Source of the DNA: Auanema rhodensis
Lineage: Eukaryota > Animalia > Nematoda
Length of the DNA stretch: 64,000 bases
NCBI GenBank assembly: GCA_964057225.1
Contig: OZ059895.1
Coordinates: forward strand, 12,214,001 to 12,278,000
Reading direction: 5' to 3'
The position numbers and the translations under genes are program-made. Under the pieces are notes generated by a model. That model searched no databases, was not told the DNA's origin, and saw only the letters and a program-made list of their open reading frames with translations. Below are positions 24,672 to 35,042 of the stretch, in pieces; positions within the stretch are counted from its first letter, which is position 1, and the number at the start of each line of letters is the position of its first letter.

Positions 24672-27600
24672 GTGGCACGAAGATACTCTTCGGCCGTCCC
24701 TGCTCTATACCCTTCTGAGTCCAGTGACGACATCGCAGTCGCCAGTCGAACCAGAAGCCGCACTCGACTCCTCAGTGTTCAGATTGAAGAGCCTGAACAA
24801 GAGGTAAAACCCAAAGTCGAGAAAACCTTCATTCCTCGAGAAGGCACGTATTCACCTCCGGACAACACCGAGGAGGACCCTGATTTCTATATTCAGGACT
24901 ACAATATTCAAACTTCAGCTTCAACTCCAAAGGTACACTCTTTTAAAAGTAATAAAAAGATTCAAAAAATTCAAAAACCAAAACAAATAACCTCTAATAC
25001 TTCACCAGCCACTCCCCACCTAAACTTATCAACTTTATCAGTTAATACTGATAACGATCTTGCATCTTCTTTTGAACTAACTCTAACACCGCAGGCATTT
25101 TCCACTCCGATAGAAAACTCACAACTTAATAAAACCTCATCTCTCACTATTCGCAAATCACCCTTATCAGTTATCACTGATAAGCTTGATTCGAAAAAGC
25201 TTGATTCTAAAAAAATTAATAAAAGAAAAACTAATACACCGCGTAGGCGCTCAACCTCTAATAATCCCGTAGAACCAAATCAGGAAATTACCGAAGTTTT
25301 GCCCTTATCACTAACTACTGATAAGTTCAAAAGTAAGAAATCTTTAACAGCTCGCTTAATAAAAGTTTTGAATTTGTCTCCAGGGGAGGTAACAACAGAA
25401 CAAGTTGATAACTCTCTTCACGTATCCTCCAACCCAACCCTTAATAAGTCAGATAGCGCTATACCCAGCTCAAGCGTATCAATACATTCGACGCCTCAGG
25501 CAACGAGTCGAATTATCAAACTCCCAGGGAAGCGGTTCTCCTCAGCCGCCCCTACCATTAGTTATCCAACATCTGGTAACTCGAAAAAGGGAGGTAAGAA
25601 TTTAACGGCGAGAAGCTCAGGCAGTAAAGGGATTACGTCATCTCGCACATACCCTGAGGATATACCAACCATGACGGAGACACCACGTCTTCCGGGAGCT
25701 GGTAAATCTACCATTGCGCACGCATTAAGCTCACCTTATTGCCCCATATACGACGGAAGTCGTAACTTTAGAGATTTCGTGGCAAAGTTTAATACCTTTT
25801 CTAACGCCTTAGGCTTAGTGATGCCCGAAAGACTAACTATTTTACCATTACTATTGAAAAATGATAGAGCAGAGGAAGCTTATTTAGAGCTACCTGACAA
25901 GGTCAGAACAGCTGGACCTTGGGTTACCCTAATAGAAGAGTTAACATCCAAGCTGTGTCCCGAATACAATCAAGACCCTGCCCTTATCACACTTCAAAAC
26001 AGCACTCAAGGCGATTTATCAATTGATGGTTTTGCACAAACGTTAAGAAACCTCAGCTTAAATGCTTTCTCTAATAGTGATACTCATAAAGATCACATTC
26101 TGAGGTCCACATTTTTGAGAGGCTTGAAAAATACGATACGCCCAGGGGTAATTCGAGCAAAACCCAAAACTTTTGCTGAGGCTGTTGATAGTGCTCGCTG
26201 GGAGGAATCAATTGCAAACCAAGTAGCAGACCCTCAGGCGCTATTGGTTAACGCAATTGAAAGAACTTTCCCCCCGCGCAGAAACAATGGTGGGAGAGGT
26301 ATGGCAAGAGGTTATCAATCTTTTAATAATAAAAATTATCAAAATTATAATAATTATAACAATTATCATCCAAACTTTCAAAACAATCAAAATTATCATA
26401 AATTTTCAAAAAATCAAAAAGGCTGGAATTTCCAAAACCCATTTGCTAGGAACCGCAATTTTGGTGACCGCGGTCGAAATTATCAGAATCAAAATCAAAA
26501 TGGGTATCAAAGAAGCCATAATGCATCACAAAATCAAGAAATGAGCAATAATAGACAGAGAAATAACAGTACCTTTAGGGGAAATAACAACAATAGAGGC
26601 AGAGGTAGAGGCTCAAGAGTCAATAATTTGACTCTGATATCTCCTTTGACTTTAGCCGTAGCTTTATCAGTAATCTTATCACTGGTTACAACAGCTGAAG
26701 CATACCAGCTATGTACTAAAGCTACTGGAGGAGCCCTTCTCCGTCCCCCATCTCTCCGAAAATGCTTATTACCACCAATAAAGCATATCTTACGAACAAA
26801 AGTTCATCTTTATACAAGGAATCAAACGGCACATGAATGGGATGCATGGAGATGCTCCAAAGAAATTCATAAAATGTGTATCAGAGACCTTTTGTTCCTT
26901 AGAGATACCAATACAACGATAGCGAGAATTGAAAAGATACCAGCTGCAGAATGCAGACTGGCAGTGAGAGATAGAAGATGGAATTGGAGTGAATTAAAGA
27001 AGATCGACAGCATAACATATGCAACTGACGAGCCTTCCTTCTCGCCAGGCCGATCTTTTAATAATGAACTATGTGAAGAGAAAGCCAGATTGGTTATCGA
27101 AAGAGGGGTTATGACACGGATGCCAGATGAAACTATAATCTCCAATTTAATACTAAATACTGAAGGATGCTTAGCGCATCATGGAGAATGTGCATCAGAT
27201 ACCTCAATCATCATATGGGAGAAACAGCCTTATGAATATCGATGCAACTATATCGACATGAGTGAATATAATGTGATAATTGGAGACGGCATTATTCTGT
27301 TACCAACCACTCAATCAGCCCTTGTAATCGATCAAAAAGAGATACCGAAGCAAATATCTTCTTGTTTTAAACAGCCAATCTTCCACACCACAACTGGCAA
27401 TTACATTCTCTTACCACAGTACCCAAATGACACCAATATCCATGTTTTAATAGAGAGAGAATATAAGAAACTTCCGGCGAAAAGAGATAAAAGAGCAATT
27501 GCGGAATGCACGGTTGAATTAAACAAGGAGTGGATACAAAAACAGGAAGATTTTGAAACTTTAATATTAAATATTTGTCCTTATCCTTTCTTACGACCGG

Positions 27601-28232
27601 TGATGAGTAATCCTGGTATTTATCAGATAATACCGCTTATAAAGGCCAGACGAGCTGTCAACCCTTCATATTCAATTATTGATTGGGTTTCAGCACATCC
27701 CGAGAAGTTTTATTTCTTCTTAAGAAGTCCCGTATCTGATAAATCCATACAACGTTTCCTTCAAACATACGAAATACACGACCCTGAGGAAGCAATACTT
27801 TATTTTCTTGCGCAAAAGGAACTGGCAGCAACCACTCGCGGCGCTATACGGTATTTAACCTCACAACAATTATTAGAACAGATAGGTGACAGATTAACAG
27901 CACACGAATTTGACGAAAAACTGCTAGAAAAAGACGGATCCTACCGTGAAAGAGCCGAAAGCATAGCGATGGAGTTAGCTTATACACCGGTAATATTTGA
28001 AAACAATCTGTCGGTACCATCAAGGCAAGAGGTTTTAAAATCCTTTGTGAACATGCCGCCGATCCGACCAACTCTAACAACTGACAATGCTGATGAGCGT
28101 ATAGTACTTAGAAATACTCTTTACTTATACTTATACTTACTGAGATACTGTATTACCAAAAATCACTTTTGCTATAAACAATATTCAGCACGCGACTACA
28201 GGGATTGCGCCATACATTGCATTATTTGGTAA
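24672..28232 (+). CDS. Gag + signal peptide + N-terminal half of envelope glycoprotein (truncated polyprotein of element 1)
   Basis: Gag capsid-like region (CPIYDGSRNFRDF...FLRGL) and N/R/G-rich tail. Hydrophobic signal LTLAVALSVILSLVTTAEA|YQLC, Cys-rich ectodomain, furin site KRDKR (27480-27494). Collinear with the element 2 ORF. Last ~35 codons are out-of-frame read-through. First in-frame ATG is at 25671. Confidence 0.9.
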   Translation: MARRYSSAVPALYPSESSDDIAVASRTRSRTRLLSVQIEEPEQEVKPKVEKTFIPREGTYSPPDNTEEDPDFYIQDYNIQTSASTPKVHSFKSNKKIQKIQKPKQITSNTSPATPHLNLSTLSVNTDNDLASSFELTLTPQAFSTPIENSQLNKTSSLTIRKSPLSVITDKLDSKKLDSKKINKRKTNTPRRRSTSNNPVEPNQEITEVLPLSLTTDKFKSKKSLTARLIKVLNLSPGEVTTEQVDNSLHVSSNPTLNKSDSAIPSSSVSIHSTPQATSRIIKLPGKRFSSAAPTISYPTSGNSKKGGKNLTARSSGSKGITSSRTYPEDIPTMTETPRLPGAGKSTIAHALSSPYCPIYDGSRNFRDFVAKFNTFSNALGLVMPERLTILPLLLKNDRAEEAYLELPDKVRTAGPWVTLIEELTSKLCPEYNQDPALITLQNSTQGDLSIDGFAQTLRNLSLNAFSNSDTHKDHILRSTFLRGLKNTIRPGVIRAKPKTFAEAVDSARWEESIANQVADPQALLVNAIERTFPPRRNNGGRGMARGYQSFNNKNYQNYNNYNNYHPNFQNNQNYHKFSKNQKGWNFQNPFARNRNFGDRGRNYQNQNQNGYQRSHNASQNQEMSNNRQRNNSTFRGNNNNRGRGRGSRVNNLTLISPLTLAVALSVILSLVTTAEAYQLCTKATGGALLRPPSLRKCLLPPIKHILRTKVHLYTRNQTAHEWDAWRCSKEIHKMCIRDLLFLRDTNTTIARIEKIPAAECRLAVRDRRWNWSELKKIDSITYATDEPSFSPGRSFNNELCEEKARLVIERGVMTRMPDETIISNLILNTEGCLAHHGECASDTSIIIWEKQPYEYRCNYIDMSEYNVIIGDGIILLPTTQSALVIDQKEIPKQISSCFKQPIFHTTTGNYILLPQYPNDTNIHVLIEREYKKLPAKRDKRAIAECTVELNKEWIQKQEDFETLILNICPYPFLRPVMSNPGIYQIIPLIKARRAVNPSYSIIDWVSAHPEKFYFFLRSPVSDKSIQRFLQTYEIHDPEEAILYFLAQKELAATTRGAIRYLTSQQLLEQIGDRLTAHEFDEKLLEKDGSYRERAESIAMELAYTPVIFENNLSVPSRQEVLKSFVNMPPIRPTLTTDNADERIVLRNTLYLYLYLLRYCITKNHFCYKQYSARDYRDCAIHCIIW

Positions 28233-28779
28233 AGAATGCAGAATGTCAATGGACGCTGAATTACCAGAAACGATCACCAAAATTCAAGAAATTTCTGAAG
28301 AATTACTCCAAAGAAGACCGGATATGGACAAGAGAGACAAAATAATAAAGAACCGCATAGCTAAAAATCAAGAAAATGCGAAAAAGAAGAAGGATAGAAC
28401 GCAAAGAGCACACCATAGAGACATTCAACCGGGCGACATGGTGATGACGACCATAAAATCACACCAAATCGGCCAAAAGCTTCGGAGAAGCTATGATGGA
28501 CCATACGAAGTCATCAACGTAGAAGGATCAAAAGTTCAAATCAGAAATTCATCAGGAAAACTACAAGATATCCACAAAGATAACTTGAAAATCTTCTCTC
28601 CTGCTTCACAAAACATCTCTTACAACACTCGCGCAAGACTTCGAGAAAGTCAAGCAGAAGAAGATAGCGACATTGAAATAATAAAAGTGATCAACAGGAA
28701 CAACAAGGATAGCATAGATACAGAGCCAGAAGATGAAAATGAAGACGAAATATGGCTTCCGAGGAATGAAGAAGAATAA
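28144..28779 (+). pseudogene. Integrase C-terminal remnant incl. GPY/F motif (element 1)
   Basis: The frame reads DTVLPKITFAINNIQHATTGIAPYIALFGKECRMSMD...GDMVM...YDGPYEV...IHKDNLK. It aligns with element 2 WDIHLPKVMFAINT...SPYVVLFGRDARLPID...FEGPYLV...VHKDFVK. Confidence 0.88.
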
Positions 28780-29466
28780 CAACAAGATAATGCTACGTTA
28801 TTTAATATATTGTAACAAAATAACGATGAATTAGAAAAAAAAAATTAATGCTAAATAACATTCAAAATAAAAATAGCATTTAATAGAGATTGAGAAAGGA
28901 AAAATAAGGCAAATTCTAAACGAGGAGATGTTATGACTAATGGTTCCAAGTTACCGTAATCCTATGCGGACTAGAGGACATTTTGACAACCATCCGAGCT
29001 CCATGTGCCTCTCCAAATAAGATGAGATAAACACTGGTAGGCGTATCAACCACAATTTCATCTTAAGTGGTAGTCTCCATTAGTAATCAAGGATTCACTC
29101 TGGGAGACATATGGAGACACATTATTAAATCATAATCTCGGTTCAATTTAGAAATGAGTACTTCTTGAGACCATTAGTCAAAATAATAACATATTCCCAT
29201 TCATTACTAGCCCCTTATTCTACAATCTCTATTAGGAAATGCTTGAATATTAAGATAATTAATTTATGAAATTAATAATATTCTAATTCATCGTCACTTC
29301 ATATTATATTGAACCCTTCTTTTAAATTATTGTAATTTTGTTTGTATACTAACTAAAACTCTATCATACTATAGTTATTGTGAAGCTAAAACAATTGAAC
29401 TCTAAAACTCAGTTACATATAAGCCCAAATTTTTGTTTAAAATATCGCGAGGTCACGACAATCTTT

Positions 29467-29477
29467 GAAAAAGGGCA
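29467..29477 (+). promoter_or_regulatory. Polypurine tract of element 1
   Basis: GAAAAAGGGCA abutting the 3' LTR. Confidence 0.65.
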
Positions 29478-29843
29478 CGTTCCATTCGGAGACTCTATAT
29501 ATGTAACTGCAGGGTTAGAGCCAGACCGACTAGAGGAATGAGGAATGGCACCGCCTTCCCTCATGCCCCTATTCGGGAGTTCGCCCCTTTGCAAGCCCAT
29601 GGACGGTTTGCATCTAACTTAGTTAATCTTATATATTAGTCTTTGTCTTGTAAATGTAGTTTACTTTATCCTTGTGTTATTGTATTGTAATGATATTGTA
29701 TTGTGTATAATAAACCTATATATTTCCTTATCTTATGTAATCCTTATGCTCTGTTTCCATACCGCTACACTTATGGAATACTATACGCGTAGTTGAGCAG
29801 ACTACAATGGTCTGTTCAATATACGTAGGAGCGTAATGGAACG
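29478..29843 (+). repeat. 3' LTR of element 1 (366 bp)
   Basis: Direct repeat of 22364-22729. Confidence 0.95.
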
Positions 29844-32800
29844 CTAACATGAAATTGGAAAAAAAAACAATAACGAGGATAAGTATGTAAATCATTGAAT
29901 ATCAGGTATTTTCGCTTACGACCATACCACGTTGAAAATACGCCATCCCGTCCGATCTGGCAAGTCAAGCAACGTTGGGCCCGGTTAGTACTTGGATCGG
30001 AGACGGCTTGGGAATCCCGGGTGCCGTAAGCTTTTCAAATTTTTTTGACGATCATGCCACGTTGAAAGAACGCCATGCAACTGATTTTCAATTTTATCTC
30101 TTCCGTAACAAATGTTTTTAATTTTCCAGAGCAGTTTTACTTAGATAGCTCAACCCAAGGCATCAAAATATCTTCAATCTTATTTCTATATTACAGTTAT
30201 AAACCAGTAGTTTATGAACCTTAATCTTAACTTTATTGTTTCTATCTATTTCCTATTGAAACAACAATGTTTTAACACTATACAACTGTGAAACCTTTTT
30301 TAATTTATTGTATTTGGAGCTCATAAGATTTGATATCATCGAGGGATTTAGATGTAACGTGGAAAATTACATAACTAACATGAAATTGGAAAAAAAACAA
30401 TAACGAGGATAAGTATGTAAATCATTGAATATCAGATATTTTCGCTTACGACCATACCTCGTTGAAAGTACGCCATCCCGTCCGATCTGGCAAGTCAAGC
30501 AACGTTGGGCCCGGTTAGTACTTAGATCGGAGACGGCTTGGGAATCCCGGGTGCCGTAAGCTTTTCGAATTTTTTTAACGATCATACCACGTTGAAAGTA
30601 CGCCATGCAGCTGATTTTCAATTTTATCTCTTCCGTAACAAATGTTTTCAATTTTCCAGCAGTTTTACTTAGATAGCTCAACCCAAGACATTAAAATATC
30701 TTCAATCTTATTTCTATATTACAGTTATAAACCAGTAGTTTATGAACCTTAATCTTAACTTTACTGTTTCTATCTATTTCCTATTGAAACAAACGTTGTT
30801 TAAACACTATACAACTGTGAAACCTTTTTTAATTTATTGTATTTGGAGCTCATAAGATTTGATATCATCGAGGGATTTAGATGTAACGTGGAAAATTACA
30901 TAACTAACATGAAATTGGAAAAAAAACAATAACGAGGATAAGTATGTAAATCATTGAATATCAGGTATTTTCGCTTACGACCATACCACGTTGAAAGTAC
31001 GTCATCCCGTCCGATCTGGCAAGTCAAGCAACGTTGGGCCCGGTTAGTACTTGGATCGGAGACGGCTTGGGAATCCCGGGTGCCGTAAGCTTTTCAAATT
31101 TTTTTAACGATCATACCACGTTGAAAGTATGCCATGCAGCTGATTTTCAATTTTATCTCTTCCGTAACAAATGTTTTCAATTTTCCAGCAGTTTTACTTA
31201 GATAGCTCAACCCAAGGCATCAAAAAATCTTCAATCTTATTTCTATATTACAGTTATAAACCAGTAGTTTATGAACCTTAATCTTAACTTTACTGTTTCT
31301 ATCTATTTCCTATTGAAACAAACGTTGTTTAAACACTATACAACTGTGAAACCTTTTTTAATTTATTGTATTTGGAGCTCATAAGATTTGATATCATCGA
31401 GGGATTTAGATGTAACGTGGAAAATTACATAACTAACATGAAATTGGAAAAAAAACAATAACGAGGATAAGTATGTAAATCATTGAATATCAGGTATTTT
31501 CGCTTACGACCATACCACGTTGAAAATACGCCATCCCGTCCGATCTGGCAAGTCAAGCAACGTTGGGCCCGGTTAGTACTTGGATCGGAGACGGCTTGGG
31601 AATCCCGGGTGCCGTAAGCTTTTCAAATTTTTTTGACAATCATGCCACGTTGAAAGAACGCCATGCAGCTGATTTTCAATTTTATCTCTTCCGTAACAAA
31701 TGTTTTTAATTTTCCAGCAGTTTTACTCAGATAGCTTAACCCAAGGCATCAAAATATCTTCAATCTTATTTCTATATTACAGTTATAAACCAGTAGTTCA
31801 TGAACCTTAATCTTAACTTTATTGTTTCTATCTATTTCCTATTGAAACAACAATGTTTTAACACTATACAACTGTGAAACCTTTTTTAATTTATTGTATT
31901 TGGAGCTCATAAGATTTGATATCATCGAGGGATTTAGATGTAACGTGGAAAATTACATAACTAACATGAAATTGGAAAAAAAACAATAACGAGGATAAGT
32001 ATGTAAATCATTGAATATCAGATATTTTCGCTTACGACCATACCACGTTGAAAGTACGTCATCCCGTCCGATCTGGCAAGTCAAGCAACGTTGGGCCCGG
32101 TTAGTACTTGGATCGGAGACGGCTTGGGAATCCCGGGTGCCGTAAGCTTTTCGAATTTTTTTAACGATCATACCACGTTGAAAGTACGCCATGCAGCTGA
32201 TTTTCAATTTTATCTCTTCCGTAACAAATGTTTTCAATTTTCCAGCAGTTTTACTTAGATAGCTCAACCCAAGACATTAAAATATCTTCAATCTTATTTC
32301 TATATTACAGTTATAAACCAGTAGTTCATGAACCTTAATCTTAACTTTATTGTTTCTATCTATTTCCTATTGAAACAAACGTTGTTTAAACACTCTACAA
32401 CTGTGAAACCTTTTTTAATTTATTGTATTTGGAGCTCATAAGATTTGATATCATCGAGGGATTTAGATGTAACGTGGAAAATTACATAACTAACATGAAA
32501 TTGGAAAAAAAACAATAACGAGGATAAGTATGTAAATCATTGAATATCAGGTATTTTCGCTTACGACCATACCACGTTGAAAGTACGTCATCCCGTCCGA
32601 TCTGGCAAGTCAAGCAACGTTGGGCCCGGTTAGTACTTGGATCGGAGACGGCTTGGGAATCCCGGGTGCCGTAAGCTTTTCAAATTTTTTTAACGATCAT
32701 ACCACGTTGAAAGTATGCCATGCAGCTGATTTTCAATTTTATCTCTTCCGTAACAAATGTTTTCAATTTTCCAGCAGTTTTACTTAGATAGCTCAACCCA

Positions 32801-33758
32801 AGGCATCAAAAAATCTTCAATCTTATTTCTATATTACAGTTATAAACCAGTAGTTTATGAACCTTAATCTTAACTTTACTGTTTCTATCTATTTCCTATT
32901 GAAACAAACGTTGTTTAAACACTATACAACTGTGAAACCTTTTTTAATTTATTGTATTTGGAGCTCATAAGATTTGATATCATCGAGGGATTTAGATGTA
33001 ACGTGGAAAATTACATAACTAACATGAAATTGGAAAAAAAACAATAACGAAGACAAGTATGTAAATCATTGAATATCAGGTATTTTCGCTTACGACCATA
33101 CCACGTTGAAAATACGCCATCCCGTCCGATCTGGCAAGTCAAGCAACGTTGGGCCCGGTTAGTACTTGGATCGGAGACGGCTTGGGAATCCCGGGTGCCG
33201 TAAGCTTTTCAAATTTTTTTGACGATCATGCCACGTTGAAAGAACGCCATGCAGCTGATTTTCAATTTTATCTCTTCCGTAACAAATGTTTTTAATTTTC
33301 CAGCAGTTTTACTCAGATAGCTTAACCCAAGGCATCAAAATATCTTCAATCTTATTTCTATATTACAGTTATAAACCAGTAGTTCATGAACCTTAATCTT
33401 AACTTTATTGTTTCTATCTATTTCCTATTGAAACAACATTGTTTTAACACTATACAACTGTGAAACCTTTTTTAATTTATCGTATTTGGAGCTCATAAGA
33501 TTCAATATCATCGAGGGATTTAGATGTAACGTGGAAAATTACATAACTAACATGAAATTGGAAAATAAGCAATAACGAGGATAAATATGTAAATCATTGA
33601 ATAACAGATATTTTCGCTTACGACCATACCACGTTGAAAATACGCCATGCAGCTGATTTTCAATTTTATCTCTTCCGTAACAAATGTTTTTAATTTTCCA
33701 GCAGTTTTACTTACATAGCTCAACCCAAGGCATTAAAATATCTTCAATCTTATTTCTA
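29844..33758 (+). repeat. 5S rDNA array, segment 2
   Basis: Full 5S at 29914, 30444, 30973, 31502, 32030, 32559, 33088; truncated at 33616. Confidence 0.96.
29914..30032 (+). rRNA. 5S rRNA (70 bp downstream of element 1)
   Basis: Full 119-nt copy. Confidence 0.95.
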
Positions 33759-35042
33759 TTAGGTTGGTCGGAAAGTAATGTCGTTTTTTTCGATTGTATT
33801 CGATCAAAAAAAATTATGAACACATGAATCAGTATATAAAGGAAAAAATAATAATAATAAGTATTATTATATGTTATTAATTCTTATTTATACTTTTCTG
33901 AACAGTAGATTAATTCTGAGTTTTTTATAGCTTTTTGAAATCATGCTGGAGAAGAGGGATTTAAGAGCAATTTTTTTGTATGAATTCAAACTAGGACGTA
34001 AAGCTGTTGAAGCAGCTGAAAGAATCAACGTTGCCTTCGGCGAAAGGACTTGTTCTGTACGTATGGTGCAGAGATGGTTCAAGAATTTTAAAGAGGGAAA
34101 CGAGAGCTTGGAAGATGACGATCGATCTGGACGACCTGCTGCCGTTGATGCACAAGTTCTGAAAAACTTGGTAGAAGCAGACCCATGCAGTTCCACCAGA
34201 AGTCTAGCAGAAGATCTAGGTATATCTCACACAACAGTGTTAGAGCATTTGAGACACATTGGAAAAGTGAAAAAGCTTGACAAGTGGGTTCCACATGAAT
34301 TAAACGATGCTCAGAAAAATCGAAGATTGGAAGTGGCTTTTTCACTGGTTTCAAGATGTGATGCCGAATCTTTTTTGGACCGGATCGTAACCTGTGATGA
34401 GAAATGGATCATTTACGACAACAGAAGAAGACAGGCACAATGGCTTGATCGTACAGAAGCTCCAAAACAGTTCGCAAAGCCGAGCATCACTCAGAAGAAG
34501 ATCATGATAACAGTTTGGTGGACAAGCGCAGGTTTAATTCACTATAGGTTTCTGAACTCGGGAGAAACAATCACTTCTGAAACCTACGCAGCTGAAATTG
34601 AAATAATGCATCAGAAATTATTGGAGAAACAGCCAGGATTAGTCAATAGAAAAGGACCAATTTTACTTCACGACAACGCGAGGCCACATATAGGAAGGAA
34701 GACAATAGAAAAACTAGGAGAATTGAACTATGAGACTCTACCTCATCCTCCATATTCACCAGACCTTTCCCCCACTGATTATCATTTTTTTAAACACTTA
34801 GATCACTTCTTGACTGGGAAACGATTTAGAACACGAGAAGATGCGATAACAGCGTTTGAAGAATTCGTCAGCTCTCGCTCTCATGATTTTTATTATAATG
34901 GTATTTATAAGTTATATAATCGTTGGAAAAGTTGTATTGATGCTGCTGGTTCTTATTTTGAATAAAAAAGTTGATTTTAGCAAAAGTTATAACAAATTGA
35001 AAAGATAGCATGAAAAACGACATTACTTTCCGACCAACCTAA
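33759..35042 (+). mobile_element. Mariner DNA transposon, Hsmar1-like (cecropia subfamily), 1284 bp, intact
   Basis: Perfect 30-bp ITRs TTAGGTTGGTCGGAAAGTAATGTCGTTTTT (33759-33788 / 35013-35042), TA TSD (33757-58 / 35043-44), full transposase ORF. Confidence 0.97.
33943..34965 (+). CDS. Mariner DD34D transposase (340 aa)
   Basis: WVPHEL, TCDEKW, HDNARPH and YSPDLSPTDYHFF motifs; 34 residues between the second and third catalytic Asp; N-terminal HTH region. Confidence 0.97.
   Translation: MLEKRDLRAIFLYEFKLGRKAVEAAERINVAFGERTCSVRMVQRWFKNFKEGNESLEDDDRSGRPAAVDAQVLKNLVEADPCSSTRSLAEDLGISHTTVLEHLRHIGKVKKLDKWVPHELNDAQKNRRLEVAFSLVSRCDAESFLDRIVTCDEKWIIYDNRRRQAQWLDRTEAPKQFAKPSITQKKIMITVWWTSAGLIHYRFLNSGETITSETYAAEIEIMHQKLLEKQPGLVNRKGPILLHDNARPHIGRKTIEKLGELNYETLPHPPYSPDLSPTDYHFFKHLDHFLTGKRFRTREDAITAFEEFVSSRSHDFYYNGIYKLYNRWKSCIDAAGSYFE

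Larger units (their letters stand above)
22364..29843 (+). mobile_element. Ty3/Gypsy-type LTR retroelement 1, env-bearing, internally deleted (non-autonomous)
   Basis: 366-bp direct LTRs, CTAA TSD (22360-22363 / 29844-29847), PBS, PPT, gag-env ORF and integrase C-terminal remnant homologous to element 2. Confidence 0.95.

Noticed and set aside
33943-34965. SETMAR/Metnase host gene
   Set aside because: No SET domain, intact DD34D, and flanked by ITRs and a TA TSD: a free transposon.
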